Of a DNA stretch of 45,728 nt, positions 9,417-18,938 are shown in pieces. Numbering within the stretch: position 1 is the first letter of the stretch; every line of letters begins with the position of its first letter. The position numbers and the translations under genes were made by a program. Origin of the DNA: a virus (lineage: Duplodnaviria > Caudoviricetes); the IMG/VR virus record IMGVR_UViG_3300037046_000294, positions 1-45,728 of that record. One strand, given 5' to 3'. The notes under the pieces are model-generated. The model searched no databases, was not told the DNA's origin, and saw nothing but the letters and a program-made list of their open reading frames with translations.

Positions 9417-9887
9417 ATGGAACAAAAAACACCAGGTACAGAACGCCCGATTTCGATTCACTATGTATATAAATCGGATATTGCATATTATGGCGCTGCC
9501 GGGGATTCGGGTTGCGTAGTTTCAGTAACCGGAAGCTGGAAGCTGATTCATACTACAATCGGCAGTATCGACCTAAAGGAAAAACCAGAGGAAACACCGG
9601 CGGGAACTGTTTTCCGCACACAACTCACAGCTCAGCACCCCGGCCACGATAATAATACACCGGGTGATATCGCCAATATTTCGGGCAGAAAGGTATTATT
9701 GAAAATCACCTACCGCAGCGGAAGGGAAAAGATTATTGGCAATGCTGTAAACCAGCCCAAGCTTTTCATTAGTTCAGATTCAAACTCATCGACAAAACTT
9801 ACCATCGAAAGTAACTGGAGCAGTACAGGCCCAAACCTTTTTGTTGTTACCAGTTTGGATTCGGGTTCTGAAGGTGCAGGAGTATAA
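9417..9887 (+). CDS. Putative structural protein (tube-like beta fold) with C-terminal DSGSEGAGV tag
   Basis: Beta-rich; resembles 12481..13023 (shared HPG motif and similar C-terminus). Confidence 0.6.
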   Translation: MEQKTPGTERPISIHYVYKSDIAYYGAAGDSGCVVSVTGSWKLIHTTIGSIDLKEKPEETPAGTVFRTQLTAQHPGHDNNTPGDIANISGRKVLLKITYRSGREKIIGNAVNQPKLFISSDSNSSTKLTIESNWSSTGPNLFVVTSLDSGSEGAGV

Positions 9888-9963
9888 GAGCATAGAGCAA
9901 AGAGCATGTGGCATAGAGCAAAGCGTTTCTGCCCTTTGCCCCTTGCCCTTTGCCTTTATTCAA

Positions 9964-9998
9964 GTCCTTTAATACAGCAGGCCCATAACGTAATATTG
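9964..9998 (+). promoter_or_regulatory. Phage late-promoter motif, copy 1
   Basis: GTCCTTT-N20-TAATATTG, 5 nt before ATG 10004. Confidence 0.75.
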
Positions 9999-10003
9999 TG
10001 TAC

Positions 10004-10969
10004 ATGAACGACGCAGTATTACGCAATCAGTGGCAATTCCTCCTTATTTCTCAAATATACCGGGGAATTTGGGCAATGCAGCCTGAAAAGGTAATCGCCC
10101 AGGGAGCAACCATTAATCAATTTTTAAACCGCGACTGGAGTGGCCGTGACCAGACCATCGATTTGGAAAAAGAACGCGCTGCTTTTCCAATTTGCGCTGT
10201 TGCCAAAAACGGAGAAGTATTTGCCGGGGTTGGAAACTTTGAAAAAGCACCCGCAGGATCCACCGCAATTATTCCGTTGAAAGGTACCATGTTGAAATAT
10301 GGAACTGAATGTACTTACGGTACCGAAGAAATTGCCGGCAAAATGCTGGAGGCAGCAACGCACCGGAATATTTCGTCGATAGTACTCGACATTGATTCGG
10401 GTGGTGGCGCTGTTGATGCTGTTGCCCCGATAGTTCAGGGTATTGCAAAAATACGCTCGGGCAGTAAAAAACCTGTTGTGGCCAGTTGCGACCTTGCAGC
10501 CAGCGCAGCCTACTGGGCAGCTTCAGCCTGTACCCGTATAGTTGCCAACAACGATATATCGGCTGAGTTTGGTTCAATTGGCGTTATGATGAGTTTTTGG
10601 GATGTTATTCCATATTACGAAAAGGAAGGCTTTAAACGCCACACCATTTATGCTCCGGAATCGGATTATAAAAACCGCCCTTTCCAACTTGCACTCGAGG
10701 GAAAATACGACGAAATAAAACAGGAGGAACTTTCGCCTCTTGCTGTTGCGTTTCAGAGTGCCATTAAAGCAAACCGCGGCAATAAACTAAACATGGAAGT
10801 ACCTGGCTTATTAAATGGCCGGATGTTTTTTGCCCGTAACGAAAAAGAAAATTCACTTAACGCCAAAGAGGTGGGTTTGATTGACGAGATTGGTTCACTC
10901 GACATTGCTGTTGAGATAAGCCGCAACCTTGCCAAATCAGCCTTTGTGGACAAGTATATTAACAGTTAA
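10004..10969 (+). CDS. S49 (SppA/ClpP-fold) prohead protease
   Basis: IVLDIDSGGG, AASAAYWAAS and GSIGV motifs; precedes capsid gene. Confidence 0.92.
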   Translation: MNDAVLRNQWQFLLISQIYRGIWAMQPEKVIAQGATINQFLNRDWSGRDQTIDLEKERAAFPICAVAKNGEVFAGVGNFEKAPAGSTAIIPLKGTMLKYGTECTYGTEEIAGKMLEAATHRNISSIVLDIDSGGGAVDAVAPIVQGIAKIRSGSKKPVVASCDLAASAAYWAASACTRIVANNDISAEFGSIGVMMSFWDVIPYYEKEGFKRHTIYAPESDYKNRPFQLALEGKYDEIKQEELSPLAVAFQSAIKANRGNKLNMEVPGLLNGRMFFARNEKENSLNAKEVGLIDEIGSLDIAVEISRNLAKSAFVDKYINS

Positions 10970-10979
10970 ATTTTAAAAA

Positions 10980-12431
10980 ATGTTTAAACACGCACTTTCT
11001 ATGGTTTTGGGCTTTTTGGGAATTACCGCGTTTGCCAAAGAAGAAGGCAAATCGGTATTATCTGAAAGCCAGAAAGAACAGCTTGCCGCTGAATACGGCC
11101 AGCAGTTTGTAGCAAAGTTCGAGGCTGACCTGGCAAAGTTTGAAGCTACAGGTGAGGATCCTCTCCGCGCCCGCCTCGAATTGAAACTGACAAATCTGGA
11201 GCAACTGGTTAACGAGCAAAAAACAAAGCTCGATGCTGTTGCATCGGAGAATGTAACTCTTAAAGGGCAGGTTGCAAAACTTGCTGATACTCCTGAACCG
11301 GCACCCGCTGCCGAGTATGTAACCGAAAACGGAAAACGACAGTTGAAACTGAAAGTAAACCGCAACCTGGCTCACAACAAAATGGCCGCTGAGTTTTTGG
11401 CCGGCGACCACCGCGTGCTTGCCGCAGGTGAAACCATCGATGTTGATTCGGTGATTTCGGAATTTGGAGACCTGGTTAACTACGTGAAGTTGCCAATGTT
11501 GAAAGACGTATTCCAGGGATTTGAAACCGCCCAGTATTTAACCTGGGAACGTGGCATTGAAAGCTGGAAAGCTACAAAAGCCGCTGTTACTTCGGTAATT
11601 CAGCAGTTTGTTCCGAAATGGACACCGCTGGGAGATACCGAATTTACCCCACTTGTAATTCCGTTAAGGAGATTTAAAATCAACTTCCCGATAACTCCGG
11701 CTGATGTTGAAAAATGGATTTTGGGAATGTACGAAGAGGATAAAGACCTCGACCAGCACCCGGTTACTGTTTACATTATCAACCAACTGATTGTGCCAAA
11801 AGCACAGGAAGATTTGGATGATGTTTGCGCCAACGGTGAATATGAAGAACTGGACTGGAGCACTGTTACCGAAGGTGACGCCGGACAGGACCCGTTGAAA
11901 TCGATTGATGGTTTTATGACTTTGCTGCAAAAAGACAAAGCTCTTCCAACTCCGTTGATGAACCCGATAGCACTGGCTGCTACCATTACCATGGACAACA
12001 TTCTGGACCAGGTGAATTTGTTTGTTGACAGCATCGACAAAAAATACAAACGCCGCGAGATGCCGGTGTTTATCGACCCAACCCTTTACCGCATGTACAA
12101 ACGTGCTTACAAGGATAAATATGGCGTTGGTTCTGATAAAGGCGATGACCCAAAATATGGTGGTGATGTGATTGATTACAGCCGCAACCGGTTGGTACCA
12201 ATGTACAACATGACCGATAAAGGCGCCATGTTTAGTACTCCAAAAGAGAACTTTATTGGCTTGCGCCATATTAACGAGCCCGGAGCTACCAAGCTCACGC
12301 TTCGCAAATACGATTACGACATTCACTGTATTGGTGAATTCCGTTTCGGTATTGGGTTCGCAATTGCTGAAGCTGTATTTTATGCCATTCCCGATGCAGT
12401 TGATTCTGGCAGCGTAGGAGGCGGAGTATAG
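10980..12431 (+). CDS. Major capsid protein with N-terminal coiled-coil scaffold segment
   Basis: Position after protease; size; coiled-coil N-terminus; IDGFMTLL and terminal beta motif typical of HK97-fold capsids. Confidence 0.8.
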   Translation: MFKHALSMVLGFLGITAFAKEEGKSVLSESQKEQLAAEYGQQFVAKFEADLAKFEATGEDPLRARLELKLTNLEQLVNEQKTKLDAVASENVTLKGQVAKLADTPEPAPAAEYVTENGKRQLKLKVNRNLAHNKMAAEFLAGDHRVLAAGETIDVDSVISEFGDLVNYVKLPMLKDVFQGFETAQYLTWERGIESWKATKAAVTSVIQQFVPKWTPLGDTEFTPLVIPLRRFKINFPITPADVEKWILGMYEEDKDLDQHPVTVYIINQLIVPKAQEDLDDVCANGEYEELDWSTVTEGDAGQDPLKSIDGFMTLLQKDKALPTPLMNPIALAATITMDNILDQVNLFVDSIDKKYKRREMPVFIDPTLYRMYKRAYKDKYGVGSDKGDDPKYGGDVIDYSRNRLVPMYNMTDKGAMFSTPKENFIGLRHINEPGATKLTLRKYDYDIHCIGEFRFGIGFAIAEAVFYAIPDAVDSGSVGGGV

Positions 12432-12480
12432 GATAACTGAGAATTATAAATTATAAATTAAAAATTAAAAATTCGAAGTT

Positions 12481-13023
12481 ATGTACACACCAGTAAGCGT
12501 TCCAAAAACGGGAAACAATCCCGGAAGACCCCAGGGTAAAGACCCGAATATCATTATTGTAAGAACCGATGATATTCTGAATTTCCCGACCCGCGATGCC
12601 AACGGCGTTCAAAGCGCTGTGGGGCAGAACCTCACCCTGAAACCCGGTGCCAATGCCATTGCCGTATATGCCACACCATCGACCATTAAACGTTTTGATG
12701 GTGTTGAAGGCGAACCTGATGGAAAAGGATGGATTCAGAACCTTGTTTTCGAACACCCCGGCGACGAGGTTGGTTTGCAGGAATGGATGGAAAACAATGT
12801 TAACATTAACCTGGTTGCATTGAGTTTCAGACGTGGTTTTACCAGCGTAAAACTTCACGGTACCATTGAAGAACCCATCCAGTTCAGCGTAGAAGAGCAG
12901 GATGACAAAGAGGCTTTGAAATCGACCATTACCCTGAAATCGGTAATGAGAGGACCAAAATCGATGTTGTACCTGGGCACACAACCCGCGCTTGATACCG
13001 ATTCGGGAGGATTAGGAGTTTAA
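12481..13023 (+). CDS. Structural protein, probable major tail tube
   Basis: Follows capsid gene, ends at strong terminator, beta-rich 180 aa; no other clear tube candidate near the tape measure gene. Confidence 0.55.
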   Translation: MYTPVSVPKTGNNPGRPQGKDPNIIIVRTDDILNFPTRDANGVQSAVGQNLTLKPGANAIAVYATPSTIKRFDGVEGEPDGKGWIQNLVFEHPGDEVGLQEWMENNVNINLVALSFRRGFTSVKLHGTIEEPIQFSVEEQDDKEALKSTITLKSVMRGPKSMLYLGTQPALDTDSGGLGV

Positions 13024-13044
13024 TACAAAACCAGATTATAATTG

Positions 13045-13080
13045 AAGCGCTATTCGTCGATCGACGGAGGCGCTTTTTTT
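13045..13080 (+). terminator. Rho-independent terminator
   Basis: AAGCGC...GCGCTT stem plus T-run. Confidence 0.75.
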
Positions 13081-13082
13081 AT

Positions 13083-13117
13083 GTCCTTCTGTTTGCAATT
13101 GCAACATCTTAATTTTC
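13083..13117 (+). promoter_or_regulatory. Phage late-promoter motif, copy 2
   Basis: GTCCTTC-N20-TAATTTTC. Confidence 0.75.
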
Positions 13118-13132
13118 AAAATAAAAAACATC

Positions 13133-14089
13133 ATGGAAATTTCATTAAAAAACACCAAGCCGGAAATACTGGCAGCATTGCAAAAAATTCAGGATGAGAA
13201 CCTGCAGCAGAAGGAAACTATACTGAGGTTGGAAAATGAAGCGGAACAAGCTTTAACAGATAAAAAACCATTGGGAATAACCGATGAAGAATTGTTCAAT
13301 ATCCAATCGCTGCTCCAGGAAAATGAGGAATTAAAATCGGGGAAAATATCAGTTGTTATTCCATACGTAAAAAAGTATGCACAGGGTAACGAACTGAAGC
13401 TGGCCGTTAGAGGTTGGGATACTCATTTCAGGGAAGAATTTAACCTGGTAATTGTTGGCGACCGTGAACCGTGGATGAATGACCGGCTGAATGTAATTGA
13501 ATGTGCAGTTGTTGGCCAGAACCCGCCAATAGATATTGCACACAAAATGATGCGGGTAATTGAATCGGACCTTGTTACAGAAAAATTTATATGGAGCAAT
13601 GATGACCAGTACCTGGTTTCGCCGGTAATGCTTGCCGACCTTGAATTTTTGAAATGCACCGGCAAACTGAATGAAAAGAACCTGGGAGGAACTTTATATC
13701 ACGAAAACAAACGGGCCACTTACAATGCATTAAAAAGCATGGGCGCCGGTACCTGGGATTTTTCTGTACACATGCCTTTTGTTTTCGAAAAGCAAAAACT
13801 GAAGGAAATGATTGAAACCATGAATCTGACAGAAAAATCGATGCTGATTGCCACACTGTATTTTAATATATGGTTCCCGGGCTTTGTACCTTACAATGTT
13901 GAAACCCAAATTGCTTTGGAGAATGATAATCTGAAGGCAGGTGTTTACCGCCCAAACGCCGACCTCGACCGTTTACGTGCATTGATACCCCGTAAAAAGG
14001 TTGTGGGCAATTCGCAGGCAGGTTATTCTGAAAAGCTGATGAAAATAATTGCTGATATTCTTCCCAACAAATGCCGGTTCGAAAAATAA
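13133..14089 (+). CDS. GT-A fold / Stealth-like (phospho)glycosyltransferase with N-terminal coiled coil
   Basis: ISVVIPY, ELKLAVRG, VIVGDREPW and FIWSNDDQY parallel the Stealth CR2 pattern ELRYSLRS...P.W...F.Y.NDD. Confidence 0.7.
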   Translation: MEISLKNTKPEILAALQKIQDENLQQKETILRLENEAEQALTDKKPLGITDEELFNIQSLLQENEELKSGKISVVIPYVKKYAQGNELKLAVRGWDTHFREEFNLVIVGDREPWMNDRLNVIECAVVGQNPPIDIAHKMMRVIESDLVTEKFIWSNDDQYLVSPVMLADLEFLKCTGKLNEKNLGGTLYHENKRATYNALKSMGAGTWDFSVHMPFVFEKQKLKEMIETMNLTEKSMLIATLYFNIWFPGFVPYNVETQIALENDNLKAGVYRPNADLDRLRALIPRKKVVGNSQAGYSEKLMKIIADILPNKCRFEK

Positions 14090-14856
14090 CAGCCAAAGCC
14101 GACCGGGTTAAGGTGGTAAACTGGATACGTGCCGGGGCAAAGCTAAAGGAAGGGATTTCCCTGTATGCTGGTTTACGCGGTGACAAGCAACTGATTGCGC
14201 GGTTAAAACAAAACCCTGTAAAATACTACGATGCCATGATTGCTGATTTTTGCGCGATGATGGGAATGAGCAGGGAAAAGTTTAAAGTTCAAAGTTTAAA
14301 GTTTAAAGATGAAAAAATCAGTAACAAAACACCTGAAGCCGGAAATCAATCTGGAGAAAACAGAAAGGTTGAAAAAAACAATAACCGATCCTTCAGAAAA
14401 CAATGGCCATTCTTATCACGACCGGAATGTCCAACGGAGCTTAAGGCGTTAGCAGCCGACAAAATAACAGCCTGGGAAAATTATACAGCGGCGCACAAAC
14501 GTCTGTTTGATTGCTCCAGCATTGATGAATGTTACCAGACTGCTTTTGAACTGGTTGAGAATTACAAGGAAAACCGGCTGATTCACCAGGAGTTTGAATA
14601 TTACATGAAGCATGGCGCTGTTTTGGGCAAACACCCGGTTTTTAACCAGTATAAAAAGTTTGAACATCTGCGTGGTTTGAATGTGATTGACCTGGTAAAA
14701 CTTCACGAAATTACCTTGCCTCACCGTATCTGGAGAATCGAAAGCGTAATAAAACAGGGCAACAAACCCCATTTACTTGGCGAAAGGCAACAGCGGTTGA
14801 ATGAAGTGAGAGCAGAACTGGCCGAAGTAAAACGGTTGCTGGGTATCAATGGGTAA
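14071..14856 (+). CDS. Hypothetical helical protein in packaging operon
   Basis: Overlaps both neighbours; FRKQWPFL...CPTELKALAADKIT. Confidence 0.75.
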   Translation: MPVRKITAKADRVKVVNWIRAGAKLKEGISLYAGLRGDKQLIARLKQNPVKYYDAMIADFCAMMGMSREKFKVQSLKFKDEKISNKTPEAGNQSGENRKVEKNNNRSFRKQWPFLSRPECPTELKALAADKITAWENYTAAHKRLFDCSSIDECYQTAFELVENYKENRLIHQEFEYYMKHGAVLGKHPVFNQYKKFEHLRGLNVIDLVKLHEITLPHRIWRIESVIKQGNKPHLLGERQQRLNEVRAELAEVKRLLGING

Positions 14857-15451
14857 ATTTTTCGATATAAACGACCTGAAGCCTAAGCCATTTATTGATG
14901 GTGATGAAAAAGGATTGAAGTTCAGAGATGAAAACTCAAAATCAATCCGGATAAAGTTTGATGAAATACACGAAAGGAAAGTGGCCACCATCAAGATGCT
15001 GACAGGCCATCTTCCGGAAGAAAACGAAGTGATATTTATGCAAACCACAAATAGTTTTAATGCATTCACCTTTATTGTTTACCTGCTGAAACATGCCGGA
15101 AGGATTGAGCAACTTCTGATAAAAACATACTCGATAAACACTCGCATACTCGACAGTTTATCATCGAAGATAAGGAGCAATGAAATAGGCGATATCGCCC
15201 TTTACATTGCGGAAAGTATTAAGTACAGGATGCCCAGGGTAAAGGACCAGCTCGAGATGATGGTAAAAGAATTTCCCGATTTTCAGGTTGAATATGCCTG
15301 GACACATCAGAAAGTGATTTGCGCCCGGGTAGGAACCGACCACTATGTTGTTGAAGGATCGGGAAATTTCTCTGAGAACAGCGCTGAAGAGCAGTACATT
15401 TTTATGAAATCGAAACGGATATATGAGTTCAGATCTGGATATACTAAGTGA
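14849..15451 (+). CDS. Phospholipase-D-family (single HKD-like) nuclease-like protein
   Basis: TYS, HQKV and EGSGNFSEN...EQY motifs. Confidence 0.78.
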   Translation: MGKFFDINDLKPKPFIDGDEKGLKFRDENSKSIRIKFDEIHERKVATIKMLTGHLPEENEVIFMQTTNSFNAFTFIVYLLKHAGRIEQLLIKTYSINTRILDSLSSKIRSNEIGDIALYIAESIKYRMPRVKDQLEMMVKEFPDFQVEYAWTHQKVICARVGTDHYVVEGSGNFSENSAEEQYIFMKSKRIYEFRSGYTK

Positions 15452-15767
15452 ATGGCCCGACTGGTTCCCGCTGGATAAAGTTCAGGAACTTGAGGATATT
15501 GCAGCCATAGGTTACACACCCGATAAGGTTGCAATGTATTTTGATGTTAAGGTGGATGATTTTATGCATGAATTCAACCGGCCCGACAGCAGGATAAGAT
15601 ATCATTACAACCGCGGAGTACTTGTTAACGAAGCACAGGAAGCTATTGCCACACAGCAGGCAGCAAACGGCGGCAATGCAACACAGGCACAGCGACTTGA
15701 CCGGAAGCGGTTCCAGGTGATGTTTCAGGAAATGAAAGAAAGGATAATTTATGGCAAAGAAGTTTGA
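15423..15767 (+). CDS. HTH protein, terminase small subunit candidate
   Basis: LEDIAAIGYTPDKVAMYFDV HTH; AANGGNATQA motif; upstream of large terminase. Confidence 0.6.
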   Translation: MSSDLDILSEWPDWFPLDKVQELEDIAAIGYTPDKVAMYFDVKVDDFMHEFNRPDSRIRYHYNRGVLVNEAQEAIATQQAANGGNATQAQRLDRKRFQVMFQEMKERIIYGKEV

Positions 15768-16371
15768 AGTAAGCCGTTATCACGAAATTGCAGAGTACAT
15801 TGAAAAGGGAAGCCTATCGAAACTTACTCCGGAAGAGATTGAATACCTCGATATACTTTCAAAAATGAACACCATGCGCCGCAGGTATGGTTTGAATCAA
15901 ACCATTTCATTTTTTACTCAACCACCATTCAATATCAGTTTATACCGTGCCAAACAGATGTTTGAAGAGTCGATAAACCTTTTCTATTCAGATGAGATTC
16001 TTGATAAACAGGCAGCCCGCAACCTGAAGGCTGAACAGTTTGAACAGGCCGCGCAGCTCGCTCTTGAAGCTGCACAAAGTGTTAAGGACCTTGAAATATA
16101 CCGCGCCCTGTTATGGGACAGTTACAAAGCCCGGCAGTTAGACCAGCCAGACCCGTTACATATTCCGGAAGAATTATATAAACGTCCGATTAAAATTTAT
16201 ACCCTAAATCCTGTTCAGGCCAAATTACCTGCCATCGACCGCAACGAACTGGCTAAAGAAATAGATGCCATGGACGAAACTGCTTCGAACAAACGGCGAT
16301 GGAAGCAGGAAGCAATGATTGATGATATTGATTTTATAGAGATGATAAATGACCAAGCCGACGAAGATTGA
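15751..16371 (+). CDS. Hypothetical protein, second small-terminase candidate
   Basis: Helical; overlaps large terminase start. Confidence 0.6.
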   Translation: MAKKFEVSRYHEIAEYIEKGSLSKLTPEEIEYLDILSKMNTMRRRYGLNQTISFFTQPPFNISLYRAKQMFEESINLFYSDEILDKQAARNLKAEQFEQAAQLALEAAQSVKDLEIYRALLWDSYKARQLDQPDPLHIPEELYKRPIKIYTLNPVQAKLPAIDRNELAKEIDAMDETASNKRRWKQEAMIDDIDFIEMINDQADED

Positions 16372-18052
16372 CCTCGACCGTAACGACGTTGAAGTACGTT
16401 ACATGAACTGGCTTGCACAGCTGAGCGGTATTGGAATGTTTGCATCGCTGTTTTTTGTTGGTGGCCGTGGCAGTACCAAAACAACTGCTTTTTTGGCCGA
16501 ACGCCTGCAGGAAATGGTTTACGATATGCCGGGAGCACCGGTTGCTTTGGTTGCCGATACTTATGCCAACCTTCAGAAAAACGTTTTGCCTACACTTCAG
16601 GAAGGTTTACGTTTGTTGGGTTGGGAAGAGGAAATTCATTACCGTATAGAGAAACCACCGTTCGACCATTGGAAAGAGAAGCCGGTAAATATTATCTCCA
16701 GCTACAAACACACCATTGTATTTTTCAATGGTTTTAACCTTACACTTATTTCGCTCGACCGTCCATCGAGCGCCGCGGGAAAAAGTTATGTGGCCATTAT
16801 TGGTGATGAAGTGAAATTCTTCCGGGAAGATAAAATTGCCAAACTAACAAAAGCCGTTCGCGGATATAAGGTAAGGTTTGGTAATTCACCATTTTACCGC
16901 TCGCAGACATTCACTACCGACATGCCCAATCCAAACCTGATAGGTGAACATGACTGGATACTGAAGCATCGCAAAAGGATGGACCCGAAAGAAATTGTCA
17001 GGGTTTTGAAAGTTGGTTTTGTGCTGAATGAAATCCGGAAAGAATATGTTTTGGCAAAAGACTCCGGAGATCGGAAAGAAATTGCCAATGTTCAAAGAAA
17101 GCTCGACAGATGGGAGCAGCGTTGGCGCAAAGTGAGACAACACACTGTTTTTTTCTGGGTGGCCAGCTCATTCATTAATTCCGATATCCTGGGAGTTGAA
17201 TTTTTTAGTGAGGAGTTTGCAGCCGGGTTGGAAGATGTTGCTCAGGCAATACTTTCACTGAAACCGAATTTAACTGCAGGTAACCGATTCTACACGAAAC
17301 TTACCGAAAAGCATTTCTATCAAGATGGTAACGATTCGTATTTCAGTGAAGCTTTTGGCATCCGGGATAAAGAAGATTGTCGTATCCTGGCTAAACTAAA
17401 TAAAGCTAAGGCCATCGATATAGGTATGGACTTTGGCAATATGTTATCAATGGTTATTGCCCAACCTGGAGCTAAACGTGAATACAATTGTTTGAAGGAG
17501 CTTTATACATTACCCCCTAACTCCATCAGGGAGATAGCAGACCAGTTCCTTGAGTACTTCAGACACATGGAAGAGAAGACAGTTAACCTGTATTATGACA
17601 GGGCTGGAAACAACTACCAGAAGACAGGGCAGGACTTAGCCACACAAATAAAGAAAGCAATTGAGAAGGACCGTAAGGGTAAACGTACTGGATGGAAAGT
17701 ATTACTTCGTTCCATCGGGCAGGGCAACATACATTCAAACACTGAATACAACTTCATGATTGACCTGCTGTCTGAGGCTAATCCATTGCTGCCTAAAGTA
17801 CGAATCGACCAGTTTAATTGTCGCTGTTTAAAAGCATCGATAGAGAAAGCACCAACCAAGATAGTCAATAGAAACAACCGTAAGCTGGTTGTAAAAGATA
17901 AGCGTAGTGAGGGTCTTCCAGTTCATAAATTACCTACCGAATCAACTAACTTTTCAGATGCATTTAAATACCTGATGTGTAGAAGAGATTGGCTCAAATT
18001 ATCCAAGGGTACACGCAAGCAAAGTGCTGGTGATGTATCAACCGTTGGTTAG
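16349..18052 (+). CDS. Terminase large subunit
   Basis: Walker A GGRGSTKT, Walker B IIGDE, nuclease motifs IGMDFG, YYDRAG, SDAFKY. Confidence 0.92.
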   Translation: MTKPTKIDLDRNDVEVRYMNWLAQLSGIGMFASLFFVGGRGSTKTTAFLAERLQEMVYDMPGAPVALVADTYANLQKNVLPTLQEGLRLLGWEEEIHYRIEKPPFDHWKEKPVNIISSYKHTIVFFNGFNLTLISLDRPSSAAGKSYVAIIGDEVKFFREDKIAKLTKAVRGYKVRFGNSPFYRSQTFTTDMPNPNLIGEHDWILKHRKRMDPKEIVRVLKVGFVLNEIRKEYVLAKDSGDRKEIANVQRKLDRWEQRWRKVRQHTVFFWVASSFINSDILGVEFFSEEFAAGLEDVAQAILSLKPNLTAGNRFYTKLTEKHFYQDGNDSYFSEAFGIRDKEDCRILAKLNKAKAIDIGMDFGNMLSMVIAQPGAKREYNCLKELYTLPPNSIREIADQFLEYFRHMEEKTVNLYYDRAGNNYQKTGQDLATQIKKAIEKDRKGKRTGWKVLLRSIGQGNIHSNTEYNFMIDLLSEANPLLPKVRIDQFNCRCLKASIEKAPTKIVNRNNRKLVVKDKRSEGLPVHKLPTESTNFSDAFKYLMCRRDWLKLSKGTRKQSAGDVSTVG

Positions 18053-18076
18053 ATTATCAAATCAAAAGTTATCCTT

Positions 18077-18482
18077 ATGACTTAAAAAGTGGTGGGAATA
18101 CCATTTTAAGTCATTTGTTGCGGCTGGCATGGCTTAACATAATGAGCAACAGGCCGTTTGTCATATATCCTTTGAAAGCGATTCATGCAAAGGCAAACAC
18201 GAAGGGGGGCGGGCTCGGAGTCAATCGTTACATAAACCATTTTTGAATATTTTCAAAATGGTTTATTGACTGATTTGTTGATTTTTACTTCACATAATCT
18301 TTATAAAAAGGGTAATTTTTTGTCCTTATGTTTTGAGGAGTTATCCGAAATTAGATTTTTATCTGTATTGCGGCGCCACTTTTTTCTTGCAAGAAAAAAG
18401 TGGACAAAAAAGAAGCACGCACGGGTAGGCTTAACGCGAAAAATCTTGCTACCACGGCGATTTTTCGCTGACCTACCCGTGC
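18077..18482. repeat. Cluster of inverted repeats downstream of terminase
   Basis: Hairpins at 18077-18114 and 18232-18265; perfect 28-bp palindrome 18376-18403; nested hairpin 18419-18482. Confidence 0.85.
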
Positions 18483-18753
18483 TCAAAGAAACTAAGATGC
18501 AATCCCTAAATCCCATGCCGATCATGGAAAATCAGAACGGAAAAGCTTTGGATATTTTTTTGCGAAATTCCGGTTTTTAAACTTCCTCGCTTTGGCAGTA
18601 CTGTAATCCTCCCGGCCGGGTTCTGATGCACTCCAACGGATGTACTTCTATTCGGGATGAATATTTCCTGATACTTTCAAATTTTCGGTTATTTGGCTGA
18701 ACCCACTTTCCCGATATTTTTCATGTGGCCAGTTTTCATATAATTTTTTTGAC

Positions 18754-18920
18754 TTAATATCTGCTAAGGTGATGGCACAACCGCTGCGCTTTCAGGGTAC
18801 GCTTTGCCATACAAGGATTTTCCCGGGTGCCTCTTTCGTGTACACGTTCACACTCATTCAGCCTTCCAGTTCCTCCTTGCTATGCCCTGAATTGTGCCAT
18901 CTGATACCTGCACATATTAA
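18754..18920. promoter_or_regulatory. Fold-back leader type B, copy 1 (candidate ssDNA promoter)
   Basis: Pairs TTAATAT/ATATTAA, GATGGCACAA/TTGTGCCATC, TTCAGGG/CCCTGAA, CAAGGA/TCCTTG; core shared with 19971-20112. Confidence 0.65.
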
Positions 18921-18938
18921 CTTTTAAAAATTATTAAA

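Noticed and set aside
18323-18357. Sixth late-promoter copy (GTCCTTA)
   Set aside because: No -7-like box at the 20-nt spacing and no downstream gene
18266-18580. ORFs 18266..18580 (+) and 18301..18525 (-)
   Set aside because: Low-complexity F/K-rich translations of palindromic DNA, with no recognisable protein features
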